Source of the DNA: an uncultured Gammaproteobacteria bacterium
GTDB taxonomy: Bacteria > Patescibacteriota > Microgenomatia > CAZXEC01
Reading direction: 5' to 3'
NCBI GenBank assembly: GCA_964639595.1
Contig: CAZXEC010000001.1
Location: 254,498-318,497 of the forward strand
DNA: 64,000 nt
Both the position numbers and the translations under genes were made by a program. Shown here one piece after another: positions 20,173 through 29,810 of the stretch. Position 1 is the stretch's first letter, and the number at the start of each line of letters is the position of its first letter. The notes beneath the pieces were generated by a model. The model did not search any database. It worked only from the letters and a program-made list of their open reading frames with translations, and was not told the DNA's origin.

Positions 20173-22110
20173 ATGTTAAGAGCCATCAGGAAATATTGGG
20201 TCGGGTCGCTTTTGGTAGCTACCTCATTTGCTTATTATTTTCCGGCGCTGGCTTCTTTTGACGTTCTGGTCTCTCGAGGAGGCGACCTGCAAGAATTTTT
20301 CTATCCCTTAGTCTTCTTTGCCAAAGAACAAATTCTTCAGGGGACATTCCCCTTATGGCAAAATATCTTCTTGTCGGGCGCTCCCTTAGTGGCTGATCCG
20401 CAGGCACCAATTTTTTACCTACCGAACATTATTTTCTTGGTCTTGCCCATAGATTATGCATTTATTATGTCGTTTGTCCTGCATACATTTCTGGCAGGAC
20501 TTTTTATGTACTGGTACGCCAAACATGGCTTTGGTGTTTACACTGCCGGCTCTTTATTGGCAGCTATTATTTATATGGCAACTCCCAGACTGGCAGCATA
20601 TTTAGATGCCGGTCATGTCGGTCTTATCTATGCGTCTGCCTGGCTGCCCCTGATAGGACTGTCAATTCAAAAGCTCTTACATCGACCGCAATTATCCTAC
20701 TGCTTCCTGATGTCCCTGTCTTTGGCAGCGGTTTTTTATACGCATCTGGTAACTTTTGCCCTAGTGTTACCATTTGCGGCGCTGGCCTTTTTAGCACAGT
20801 GGCTGCTGCTTGGTAAAAAATTAAAAAGTTTAAATCTATTTTTCCTAGCAATTGTTTTGGCATTTGGTTTGTCTGCTGTGGCTCTTTTGCCGCAACTGGC
20901 GCAGATGAATCAGACAACTCGGGTCTTAGCGCTAAATAATAAAGAAGTTTTTCCCATCTGGCAAGTGAGCGAATTTATCCAGATGGTCATCTGGCCATAC
21001 TCGGGGGAAATACAAACTGTTGATACTGAAAAAGTTATTTATCTCGGTGTTGTCCCTTTGGTCCTGGCATTATTTGGTTTTTGGAAATTGACCAATAAGT
21101 ATAAGTTGCTAATACTGTCCTTACTGCTGCCGGCTCTGTTACTGGCTCTTAATAATCGTTCACCGGTTTTGACTATTCTGGACAAGATAGACTGGTATTA
21201 TTTTTTAAGGGTTACCACCAGAGTTTGGTTTGTGCCGATCTTAGCGGTATCCTTGCTGGCCGGATGGTCAACCAGGTATTTTTCTAGAAATAGAATTTTA
21301 TTATGGTCAATTTTTCTGCTGACTGTAATTGATTTATTTGTTTTTGCCAACCTGAAAATTTATAACTCTAAACAAAATATTTCAGATGTGCCGCCGGCCC
21401 TCTATCAATTTTTAGATGCTGATAAAGAGCGCTTTCGGGTCACCTGTCTGACTCATTGCCTGTCCCAAAAAGAAATTGCCAAAATCGGCAAAGAGTTGGT
21501 AGACGGTTATAATACTTTGCAGTTAAGAAATTATTATGAGCACTCCATCCAGTTATATGATGTTTGGTTTTTCAACCGCTATACCTTAGTCATTCCGCCA
21601 TTTGAAATTTTCCAAACCCGCCAAATTTATCCCAATGGATGGCGTTTGGGTTTAATCAATACTAAATATATTGTCAGTCCATACCCATTGGATAACAATG
21701 CCATTCGTCACCTTACCCGAGTTGCTCAATTTGGCAGATATCTGCTTTACAAAAATAATGATTTTTTACCCAGAAGTTATTTTGCACAAGATGGACATTT
21801 TATAAAAGATGCTAAAATTATTTCTTATTCTCCCAATGAAATTATCATCGATACTGCCAATGCTGCCTCTGATCTGCTGGTTCTGGCAGAAGTTGCAACA
21901 CCGGGATGGCAAGCCTTGGCCAATGGCACAACCAAAAAACCAATCCGCAGTGATTTCGAAATTTTTCGGACTGTGAAGATTGATCCAAGTGTTAAATTTG
22001 TTTCTTTTGTTTACCGGCCGGCGGAGTTTTTCCAAGGGTTGGCCGCAACCTTGTTGACGCTTTTTATTATGGCGCAAGTTATTAAATACACCAAAGGAAA
22101 ATGGCAGTAA
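20173..22110 (+). CDS. YfhO-like polytopic membrane protein
   Basis: 645 aa, multi-TM, with a C-terminal PGWQALANG ... FRTVKIDPSVKFVSFVY region resembling the YfhO C-terminus. Confidence 0.55.
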   Translation: MLRAIRKYWVGSLLVATSFAYYFPALASFDVLVSRGGDLQEFFYPLVFFAKEQILQGTFPLWQNIFLSGAPLVADPQAPIFYLPNIIFLVLPIDYAFIMSFVLHTFLAGLFMYWYAKHGFGVYTAGSLLAAIIYMATPRLAAYLDAGHVGLIYASAWLPLIGLSIQKLLHRPQLSYCFLMSLSLAAVFYTHLVTFALVLPFAALAFLAQWLLLGKKLKSLNLFFLAIVLAFGLSAVALLPQLAQMNQTTRVLALNNKEVFPIWQVSEFIQMVIWPYSGEIQTVDTEKVIYLGVVPLVLALFGFWKLTNKYKLLILSLLLPALLLALNNRSPVLTILDKIDWYYFLRVTTRVWFVPILAVSLLAGWSTRYFSRNRILLWSIFLLTVIDLFVFANLKIYNSKQNISDVPPALYQFLDADKERFRVTCLTHCLSQKEIAKIGKELVDGYNTLQLRNYYEHSIQLYDVWFFNRYTLVIPPFEIFQTRQIYPNGWRLGLINTKYIVSPYPLDNNAIRHLTRVAQFGRYLLYKNNDFLPRSYFAQDGHFIKDAKIISYSPNEIIIDTANAASDLLVLAEVATPGWQALANGTTKKPIRSDFEIFRTVKIDPSVKFVSFVYRPAEFFQGLAATLLTLFIMAQVIKYTKGKWQ

Positions 22111-23510
22111 CTATAAATTATCTGATTAAAAATCGTTTGATCTGGTTATTCGCGACAGTTTCATTTCTGGCTCATGCGCCTCTGTTATCAAAATATCTAG
22201 AAGATTGGGATTCAGTTCAATTTGCCCTAGCCTTAAGCCATTACTCTTTGCCCGATCACTTGCCTCATCCTCCCGGCTATCCCCTGTATGTCATGATAGG
22301 CAAAATAGTTGATGTATTTTTGCAAAATCCCGCCCAATCTTTGGCTTTTGTGAGTTTGATATCCGGCTCTTTATCTTTGGTGATGATCTTTTTCTTAACC
22401 AAAAAAATGTTTGATGCAACTGCCGCTTGGGTTACCGTGGCGATTGTTGCCATTTTGCCGGTTGTTAATATGATGTCGATTGTGGGATTGTCCAATATGC
22501 CGGGGCAATTGTTCTTACTCACTTTCGTCTTACTTATTTTTAATTTCCAAAAAAGCACTGCCAAAATCCCCTATGTGGCACTTTTTGCGGGATTAATTTT
22601 AGGGGTCAGGGTTACAGAGTTACCAATCATTGTTTCGATTTTGGGCCTGGTTCTGGTTAAAAATTGGCAGATCAAATTATTTGTAAAAACTGCCTTAGCG
22701 TTTTGTGCCGGAGTGGCAATTTGGTTGCTGCCCCTTGTCCTCTATACCGGTATTGACAAGTTTATTCAAAGTTACACCTGGACGGCAAATTATATTTTTA
22801 CTCACGATACGCTGCAGGGCGCTGCTGCTTTTGGCATTGACTCGCAACTAGTCAGATTATCAAAGCTTGCCAACCTTTCCAGTGCCGCCTTTGGTAATTT
22901 TTTGCCAGGGGTTTTTATAGCCGCTGGTATTTGGTTACTTTTCAAAAAATGTTGGCAAGATGACAGGTATCAATTTTTGGCAACTTGGTTTTTGTCGTAT
23001 TTTTTTGTCCAGGTCACCTTTTACAATTTAGAAGTTACCAGATACTTGCTGCCGCTGGCTGTCCCCGGGGCAATTGTTGTTTCAACCTTACCAATTTGGC
23101 GCCAGAAAAAATATTTTTTGTTGTTGGTGGCCGCGCTGATAAGTTTTGGTTTGACTTTTAATCAGACCGTTTCTCAACTTACCAGATTTGCTCAAACTAT
23201 CCCTCCCACCATCGCCCCAGTCTTGTATGTCAAAGACCATTACCAGCCTGCCAACACCATGCTTATTACCACTTTTACCTATCGCCAGTTTCAATATTAT
23301 GCCCCGGAGTTTGTCAATTATTACCAAAAAATACCGCCGGACTTAAAATTTGATACGTCTGCTATTGTTATCATAGATTTTTGGGGATTAAAGGACCAAA
23401 TTAGCCAGTTGTCTCATTTTTTAGTGGTGGATAGCCTGGAATTTAGAGGTGATTGGGACATTTTCCCTAGGATATCCGAGGTTGATTTGTATGTGCTCAA
23501 GAAAAGGTGA
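22101..23510 (+). CDS. Polytopic membrane protein, DUF2723/TMEM260-like putative glycosyltransferase
   Basis: N-terminal ...DSVQFALA ... HPPGYPLY motif typical of this family. Confidence 0.45.
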   Translation: MAVTINYLIKNRLIWLFATVSFLAHAPLLSKYLEDWDSVQFALALSHYSLPDHLPHPPGYPLYVMIGKIVDVFLQNPAQSLAFVSLISGSLSLVMIFFLTKKMFDATAAWVTVAIVAILPVVNMMSIVGLSNMPGQLFLLTFVLLIFNFQKSTAKIPYVALFAGLILGVRVTELPIIVSILGLVLVKNWQIKLFVKTALAFCAGVAIWLLPLVLYTGIDKFIQSYTWTANYIFTHDTLQGAAAFGIDSQLVRLSKLANLSSAAFGNFLPGVFIAAGIWLLFKKCWQDDRYQFLATWFLSYFFVQVTFYNLEVTRYLLPLAVPGAIVVSTLPIWRQKKYFLLLVAALISFGLTFNQTVSQLTRFAQTIPPTIAPVLYVKDHYQPANTMLITTFTYRQFQYYAPEFVNYYQKIPPDLKFDTSAIVIIDFWGLKDQISQLSHFLVVDSLEFRGDWDIFPRISEVDLYVLKKR

Positions 23511-23558
23511 CAGGGTGTGAAGCTTTACCTAAATTAGGTATAATTAACCTCAAGTAAG

Positions 23559-24431
23559 ATGACAACCTCAATTGTGATTCCGAATTGGAACGGCCGGAGC
23601 CTGCTTAAGGCTAACTTAGCGGCAGTATTGGCAGCCGGGGCAGGTGAGGTGATTGTGGTTGATGATGGATCAACCGATCAAAGCGTAGCTTTGGTAAGGG
23701 CCAATTTTCCTCAAATTAAACTGGTTATCCACAAGCAGAATATGGGCTTTTCCCAGTCAGTCAATGATGGAGTCCAAACTGCCAGCGGGCAAATAGCAGT
23801 GTTGCTAAATTCTGACGTTGCGCCTCATGCAAACTTTTTACCACCACTAGTAAAACATTTTACAGACGATCAGGTTTTTGCCGTATCAGCTCATGAACCG
23901 CAAGCATCCTGGGCCAAAGGAATGTGGCAGAACGGTTTTTTTGAACACCAGCCAGGACAAAAGACGGATCAATTGCATATTTCTTTTTGGGCCTCTGGAG
24001 GATCTGCGGCTTTTTCCAAAGATAAATTTTTACAACTTGGCGGTATGGATCTGTTATATAAACCGTTTTATTTTGAGGACATTGATTTATCATATCGGGC
24101 GGCCAAAAGAGGTTGGAAAATTTTGTGGGAGCCGGCAAGTTTAGTTGATCATCAACATGAGGGGACCATTGGTAAATATTTTTCTCGTTCCTATATTGAT
24201 TTTGTCAGCCAGAGGAATCAGTTGATTTTTATCTGGAAAAATATTGCAGACAAAAAAATGTTTAAAGAACATAAGACGGCTTTGGTTAGACGATTAGTTA
24301 GACCAGGTTACTGGTGGCCATTTCTATCAGCGCTTTTAAAACTGTCGCAGATTGGCAAGCTTAGGCAAAAGGAAATTGCCGAGCAGATAGTTTCCGACGA
24401 GGAAATTTTTGCCAGGTTTGTCAAGTTATGA
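23559..24431 (+). CDS. GT2 glycosyltransferase
   Basis: TSIVIPNWNGRSLL ... VIVVDDGSTDQS and YFEDIDLSYRA. Confidence 0.8.
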   Translation: MTTSIVIPNWNGRSLLKANLAAVLAAGAGEVIVVDDGSTDQSVALVRANFPQIKLVIHKQNMGFSQSVNDGVQTASGQIAVLLNSDVAPHANFLPPLVKHFTDDQVFAVSAHEPQASWAKGMWQNGFFEHQPGQKTDQLHISFWASGGSAAFSKDKFLQLGGMDLLYKPFYFEDIDLSYRAAKRGWKILWEPASLVDHQHEGTIGKYFSRSYIDFVSQRNQLIFIWKNIADKKMFKEHKTALVRRLVRPGYWWPFLSALLKLSQIGKLRQKEIAEQIVSDEEIFARFVKL

Positions 24432-25681
24432 TCAGATTAATGCTTGCCATTTTGTTTTTGGCGCTAATTTTCAGAATCGCGATTGCCGCTCCTTATTACA
24501 GCGGCGATGTGAACAATCACATTGCTTGGGGCAAAGGTATGGTGGAAGGCGGAACAGCTGATTTTTATTCCCGTCAATTTACCGGCCAGACCCCGCCTAA
24601 TTATCCACCTGTGCCGCTGTATCTGTTTGCCGCCTCTTATTGGAAGTATCAAAAAATCCAACAACTTACTACAACTACTAATATCTTACTACCAATTTTC
24701 CCGTCCAATCTGGTACCTTTTTTGGAAACTATCAACGCCCAGGCCGTGTTTTTGAAATTTCCGGCGATCTTTTTTGATCTGCTTTCCGGCTTATTTATCT
24801 TCAAAATTGCCGGTCTGCTCACCCACTCTCAAAAACTGCCTGTTGGCTTATCCAGCGCCTATCTTTTTAACCCGGCCGTTTTTTATAACAGCGCCAATTG
24901 GGGGCAGATTGAATCAATCCCGATTGCCCTGATGTTAGGTTCGGTTTATTATTTGATGAAAAATAAGCCGTATTATTTTACTCTTCTTGCCGTATTGTCA
25001 TTATTATCCAAACAAACAATAGTAGTGGTCATGCCGGCCTTATTTATTGCCTATGTTAAGAAATTTGGCACCAAAGTCTTGCTTTTTTCACTGGTAGTTG
25101 GTTTGGTTACCAGCTTCATATTATACTGGCCATTACTTGCCGAATCGTTGAGTTTTATACCCGTGTATATCAAACATCTCTCTGGAGTTTCCAATTATGT
25201 TTCCGACAATGCCTTTAATCTCTGGGGGCTCATCTTTGGCCCCAACTCCCACTTGCCTGATCAAAATTATTTTGGGATACTTACTCTTCAAATTTGGGGA
25301 TATGTCATATTTTCTATTTTTCTTTTGCCGGTTTTGTACGTATTATGGAAGAATTTTTCCTGGAGAAATTTACTTTTTGCTCTGACCATATTATCATTTT
25401 CCTCATTTTTATTTTTAACCAGGATTCATGAAAGGCATTTGGCATCTGTCTTACCGCTACTTTTACTTTTAACTATTTTTAATTCCAGATTAATGGTGGT
25501 TTATGCTGCTGTTTCCCTGGCGCATTTTATCAACCTTTATCATGGTTTTTGGCAGCCCAATCTGGAGGCGCTCAATTATTTTTTAAAGATTTTGTCAGGT
25601 GCTGGCATTACCGCTGCTGTTTTGATAGTTGCCTTTGCCATCATTTATCTGGAATTTTTCCGGACTAAGGGAAAGGTTTGA
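24428..25681 (+). CDS. Polytopic membrane protein, putative GT-C mannosyltransferase-like
   Basis: 417 aa, more than 10 TM helices. Family assignment is uncertain. Confidence 0.4.
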   Translation: MIRLMLAILFLALIFRIAIAAPYYSGDVNNHIAWGKGMVEGGTADFYSRQFTGQTPPNYPPVPLYLFAASYWKYQKIQQLTTTTNILLPIFPSNLVPFLETINAQAVFLKFPAIFFDLLSGLFIFKIAGLLTHSQKLPVGLSSAYLFNPAVFYNSANWGQIESIPIALMLGSVYYLMKNKPYYFTLLAVLSLLSKQTIVVVMPALFIAYVKKFGTKVLLFSLVVGLVTSFILYWPLLAESLSFIPVYIKHLSGVSNYVSDNAFNLWGLIFGPNSHLPDQNYFGILTLQIWGYVIFSIFLLPVLYVLWKNFSWRNLLFALTILSFSSFLFLTRIHERHLASVLPLLLLLTIFNSRLMVVYAAVSLAHFINLYHGFWQPNLEALNYFLKILSGAGITAAVLIVAFAIIYLEFFRTKGKV

Positions 25682-26487
25682 TGGAAATATCTATTATCAT
25701 TGTTTCTTACAATACCAAAGATAAGTTATCTAGCCTGTTGCGATCACTTACTGATGCGGGAATTGGACTGGACTGGCAGGTAATTGTGGTTGATAATGCC
25801 TCAACCGATGGCACAGTTAAGATGCTGGAGCAGCAATTTCCTGACGTCATCCTGGTCAAAAATAACCGGAATTTAGGCTTTGCCAGGGCTTGTAATATTG
25901 GTTTTGCCAAATCAAATGGCCGGTTCTTGTTTTTTTTGAATCCCGACACAGAAATAAAACCGCAGGTGGTGGAAAAATTAGTCGAATTTGCCAGTTATCA
26001 TGCTGATTGTGGCATAGTGGCGCCTCAACTATTAAATGGTGATGGCTCGCCTCAAGCTTCGGTCAGAAACTTGCCCACCCTGTGGCGGGCCATCCGTCAG
26101 TATTGGCTGGGCCAGTTGGGAGTTTATGATTTTTACCTGCCAGGCGGAGCTGCAGTATCGGTAGAGAGTGTGACCGGAGCGGCCATGCTCATTCACCGAA
26201 ATATTTTTGAAAAAGTTGGCGGTTTTGATGAGAGATATTTTATGTATTTTGAAGATTTAGAGTTATGCCGCCAAGTTATCTCCCTGGGCTATAAAATATA
26301 TTACTTACCGCAACTGACCATTGTTCACCACAAAGGCGCCAGCGCCCAAACCATAGGTGGTAAAGCATTCCAGATGCTTAAGATAAGTAGTAAAATATAT
26401 CATGGATGGGCGCAAGCGTTCTTGATTGATGTGGTGATTAGAAGTGGGCGAATATGCAAGAAATTATTAGGTCGAAATACAAAATAG
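25678..26487 (+). CDS. GT2 glycosyltransferase
   Basis: ISIIIVSYNTKDKL, VVDNASTDGT and YFEDLELC motifs. Confidence 0.85.
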   Translation: MMEISIIIVSYNTKDKLSSLLRSLTDAGIGLDWQVIVVDNASTDGTVKMLEQQFPDVILVKNNRNLGFARACNIGFAKSNGRFLFFLNPDTEIKPQVVEKLVEFASYHADCGIVAPQLLNGDGSPQASVRNLPTLWRAIRQYWLGQLGVYDFYLPGGAAVSVESVTGAAMLIHRNIFEKVGGFDERYFMYFEDLELCRQVISLGYKIYYLPQLTIVHHKGASAQTIGGKAFQMLKISSKIYHGWAQAFLIDVVIRSGRICKKLLGRNTK

Positions 26488-28157
26488 CGGTCGTCGTTAT
26501 CCTGGTTTTTGCCGCCTTTATCCGTTTTTTTGGCCTTGATAAAATTCCGCCGGAACTGTTTGGGGATGAGTTGGATGTTGGCTATCAGGCCTATTCCATC
26601 CTCACAACCGGCAAGGATTACCTGGGACATGCCTGGCCGCTTTATTTCCAATCATTTGCCGAAGCCCGGGCGCCGTTGTTTTTATATTCGGCTGTGCCGC
26701 CGGTGGCCGCATTTGGCTTAAACGAATTGGGAATTCGCGCTGCGGCGGCCTTTTTCGGGGTGGTCGGACTGGCGCTGTTGTATTTTGTGACCAAAAAGAT
26801 GTTTGCCGACAAGCCACCGGTGGCCATCCTGGCGCTTATTTTGGGGGCCATTTCTCCCTGGCACTTACAGTATTCCCGAGCCGCTTTTGAAGTCACGCTA
26901 CTGCTATCACTTTTCCTGGCAGGATTGCTGGCCTTCCTGCTGGCTTCTAAAAAACCTGTTTGGCTAATAGTTACTGCCATCACCTGGGCCTTGATGCCGT
27001 ATACTTATAACACGGCCAGTTTATTCTTACCGTTATTCTTACTTATCATAATAATCATCTATTTTGTGGAAATTAAAAGCTGGATCAAGCTGCCTGTTTT
27101 TTGGGCTGCGGCGGTGCTGTTTATGCTGTTGCTCTTGCCTATTATTGGCGAGCAATTTGCCAAAGGGGCAGAAAGATTTGGCAATATTAATATCACCACC
27201 GATGGTTCACAGCAGCTAGAGATTAATCTCAAAAGACAACAGGATGTCAACCTATCGTCGCAGCTGTCGGCCATTTACCACAATAAACCCTTGGCTTGGT
27301 CTTATCTGGCTGCTAAAAATTATGTTACTTCGCTGTCTCCCCAGTTTTTGTTTACCGAAGGCGATCCCAGGATGAGGCATAGTGTTGGTGAGATGGGGGA
27401 GTTTTATTGGTTTCAACTGCCGCTGCTCATTTTAGGTTTGATAACTTTGGCAAAAACAGATCTAAAAGTCAGAGTCTTGCTAATTGCCTGGATATTGCTG
27501 GCGCCGGTGCCTGCCGCCCTGACTCGTGATGGCGGGCATCACGCCACCCGCTTATTTTTGCTGCTGCCGCCCCTGTTGATTATTATGGCATTGGGAGCCA
27601 GCTTTCTTTTTGATTTAGCTAAGAAAAATCTGTCATGGAAGCTTATTGCTTACAGCTTATTGCTTACAGCTGCCTTGAACATAGCTTTTTTTGCCCACCG
27701 TTATTCCGTTCATTATCCCCAGGAATCATGGCGCTGGTGGCAGGTGGGATATAGAGAGGCTTTTGGCGAAATTAAAAAAGTAGCAGGCCAGTATGACCGG
27801 ATTGTCATTAATAATACTTACGAACCGGCCCTGATCCGCTTTTTAGTCTACAACCAATACGATCCGGCGCTTTTCCAGCAGCAATTTGTTCTCGACCAGT
27901 CAATCAAAAATGTCTTGCCGGGCATTGATGGATTTTCTTTGGGCAAATATTATTTTGGCACCTTATCCGGTGATATCAGGCAGAATGGCGGCTTTTCCAA
28001 AGCCATCGCTGATGGCATGCTTTATCTGGCTTCCCAAAGGGACGAAGTGCCTGGAGATCTTAATCTGTCTAAACAACCGCCGGATAATGTTAAAGTCTTG
28101 CAAAAAATCAACAATCCATTTGGTGAGGTGATCTTTTATTTGTTGACCAAAAGATAA
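26454..28157 (+). CDS. PMT/ArnT-like (GT39-type) membrane glycosyltransferase, paralog 1 of 5
   Basis: DELDVGYQAYSIL loop motif and ISPWH motif. Same architecture as 28158, 29807, 31536 and 38850. Confidence 0.7.
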   Translation: MQEIIRSKYKIAVVVILVFAAFIRFFGLDKIPPELFGDELDVGYQAYSILTTGKDYLGHAWPLYFQSFAEARAPLFLYSAVPPVAAFGLNELGIRAAAAFFGVVGLALLYFVTKKMFADKPPVAILALILGAISPWHLQYSRAAFEVTLLLSLFLAGLLAFLLASKKPVWLIVTAITWALMPYTYNTASLFLPLFLLIIIIIYFVEIKSWIKLPVFWAAAVLFMLLLLPIIGEQFAKGAERFGNINITTDGSQQLEINLKRQQDVNLSSQLSAIYHNKPLAWSYLAAKNYVTSLSPQFLFTEGDPRMRHSVGEMGEFYWFQLPLLILGLITLAKTDLKVRVLLIAWILLAPVPAALTRDGGHHATRLFLLLPPLLIIMALGASFLFDLAKKNLSWKLIAYSLLLTAALNIAFFAHRYSVHYPQESWRWWQVGYREAFGEIKKVAGQYDRIVINNTYEPALIRFLVYNQYDPALFQQQFVLDQSIKNVLPGIDGFSLGKYYFGTLSGDIRQNGGFSKAIADGMLYLASQRDEVPGDLNLSKQPPDNVKVLQKINNPFGEVIFYLLTKR

Positions 28158-29810
28158 ATGCCTAAAACATACCTAATATTAATTTTGGTTTTGGCGGCAG
28201 TCTTGAGACTGTCTTTCTTGGGACAATTTCCCGCCGGCTTTTCAGCGGATGAGGCCAATTTCGGCTATACTGCCTATTCAATTTTAAAAACCGGACATGA
28301 CGAGTGGGGAGAGCCGTTGCCTGTTTTCCCCAGGACTTTTGGTGATTTTAAGTCGCCCATTTATATCTACTTAACAGTTCCGGCAATTGCCATTTTCGGC
28401 CTCACAGAATTTGCGGTGCGCCTGCCGGCCGCATTGCTGGGAATATTGTCAGTTGTAATTGTCTATTTTCTGGTTGGAGTTTTATTTAAAGATAATAAAA
28501 GTCAACTGTCAACTGTTAACTGTCAACTGTTGGCCAGTTTCTTGCTGGCCATCTCCCCCTGGCATTGGCCCTTATCCCGGGTGGGCATTGAGACTTCTTT
28601 AATTTCTTTTTTTACTTCGCTGGTTCTTTACAGTTTTATCAAAGCCCAAGCAAACGCCAGATGGTTGGTTGCGGCTCTGGCAGTCGCCTCGTTGGGAGTT
28701 TATTCCACCAATTCCGCCAAATTATTTTTGCCATTGATATCGGCTTTCATGTTAGCGTTTGGCTGGAAGCATTATTGGGCCAATAAAAAAATCCTTTTGA
28801 CCGGTTTGGTTGTATCAGCAGCAATCCTCTTGCCGGCCATCATTCACAGTTCGGCTTTTTCCAGGCGGGCTGCCGATGTATCAATTTTTAATCCGACTGC
28901 CGGCTGGGAAGAGGTGTCCAAAAGACAATTTGAAAGCAACCTGCCCAGAGCCCTGGAGAGAATCTTTACCAATAAATTAACCTATACCCTGGGTGAAGTT
29001 TTCAAAAATTATGTGGGCTATTATTCGCCGCAGTTTTTGTTTACCAACGGCCCGTCCGAGCCGACTTACGGCATGATTCCGGGCCGGGGAGTCTTATATA
29101 TTTTTGAACTGCCGCTGGTCGTTTTGGGCTGGGTATTTTTGTTTGTTGGCAAGCATAAATATCGCTATCTGCTCTTGTTTTGGCTGCTTAGTGCTGCTTT
29201 GCCGGCCGCCCTGTCCAAAACAGCCGAGCATGCCAGTCGGGCAGCCACCTTCCTGCCGTTATGGTCGGTAATTTCTGCTTACGGTTTTTATGAAATTTGG
29301 CAGAGATGGCAGCGCTTGAGATCCTCACGTCTGCTTCAGGCAGCCCTGACACTGGTGCTGGTGTTTTCTGTTGCTTCTTTTGCCAACGACTATTTTTTCC
29401 ATGCTCCCAAAAGATTGGCCCGGTTTATGCATTATGGCGCCAAAGAAACAGTGGCATATTTAAAATCTCAAGAAGCCGCCTACCGCTTGATTATCATGGG
29501 CCAGCCATTTTCCGAAGCCCAAGTGTTTACGGCTTTTTATCAGCCGATTGAGCCGAGAGAATATCAGAAATATGCGCCGCAATTATTAAAATACGAGCAG
29601 GGCGGTCGAACTTTTTTGGACCAGTTGCCAGTTTATACGATCGGCAAGTATGAATATCGGGGTCTTAACTGGAATGATGACAAGACCCTCAAAGGAATGT
29701 TGCTGGTGGGCAAAGCGGCTGATTTTCCGGAAAAAGTTAATGCCCAAAAAATTATTTATGATCCGGCTGGTGAGCCGCTTTATAAAATTGTTGATCCGGA
29801 AAAGTTATGA
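28158..29810 (+). CDS. PMT/ArnT-like membrane glycosyltransferase, paralog 2
   Basis: DEANFGYTAYSIL and ISPWHW motifs. It carries the (GTCAACT)x4 insert. Confidence 0.7.
   Translation: MPKTYLILILVLAAVLRLSFLGQFPAGFSADEANFGYTAYSILKTGHDEWGEPLPVFPRTFGDFKSPIYIYLTVPAIAIFGLTEFAVRLPAALLGILSVVIVYFLVGVLFKDNKSQLSTVNCQLLASFLLAISPWHWPLSRVGIETSLISFFTSLVLYSFIKAQANARWLVAALAVASLGVYSTNSAKLFLPLISAFMLAFGWKHYWANKKILLTGLVVSAAILLPAIIHSSAFSRRAADVSIFNPTAGWEEVSKRQFESNLPRALERIFTNKLTYTLGEVFKNYVGYYSPQFLFTNGPSEPTYGMIPGRGVLYIFELPLVVLGWVFLFVGKHKYRYLLLFWLLSAALPAALSKTAEHASRAATFLPLWSVISAYGFYEIWQRWQRLRSSRLLQAALTLVLVFSVASFANDYFFHAPKRLARFMHYGAKETVAYLKSQEAAYRLIIMGQPFSEAQVFTAFYQPIEPREYQKYAPQLLKYEQGGRTFLDQLPVYTIGKYEYRGLNWNDDKTLKGMLLVGKAADFPEKVNAQKIIYDPAGEPLYKIVDPEKL
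28501..28528 (+). repeat. Heptanucleotide tandem repeat (GTCAACT)x4 with one C>T variant, inside the paralog-2 coding sequence
   Basis: Directly read: gtcaactgtcaactgttaactgtcaact. It encodes SQLSTVNCQ, an insertion relative to paralogs 1 and 3. Confidence 0.85.
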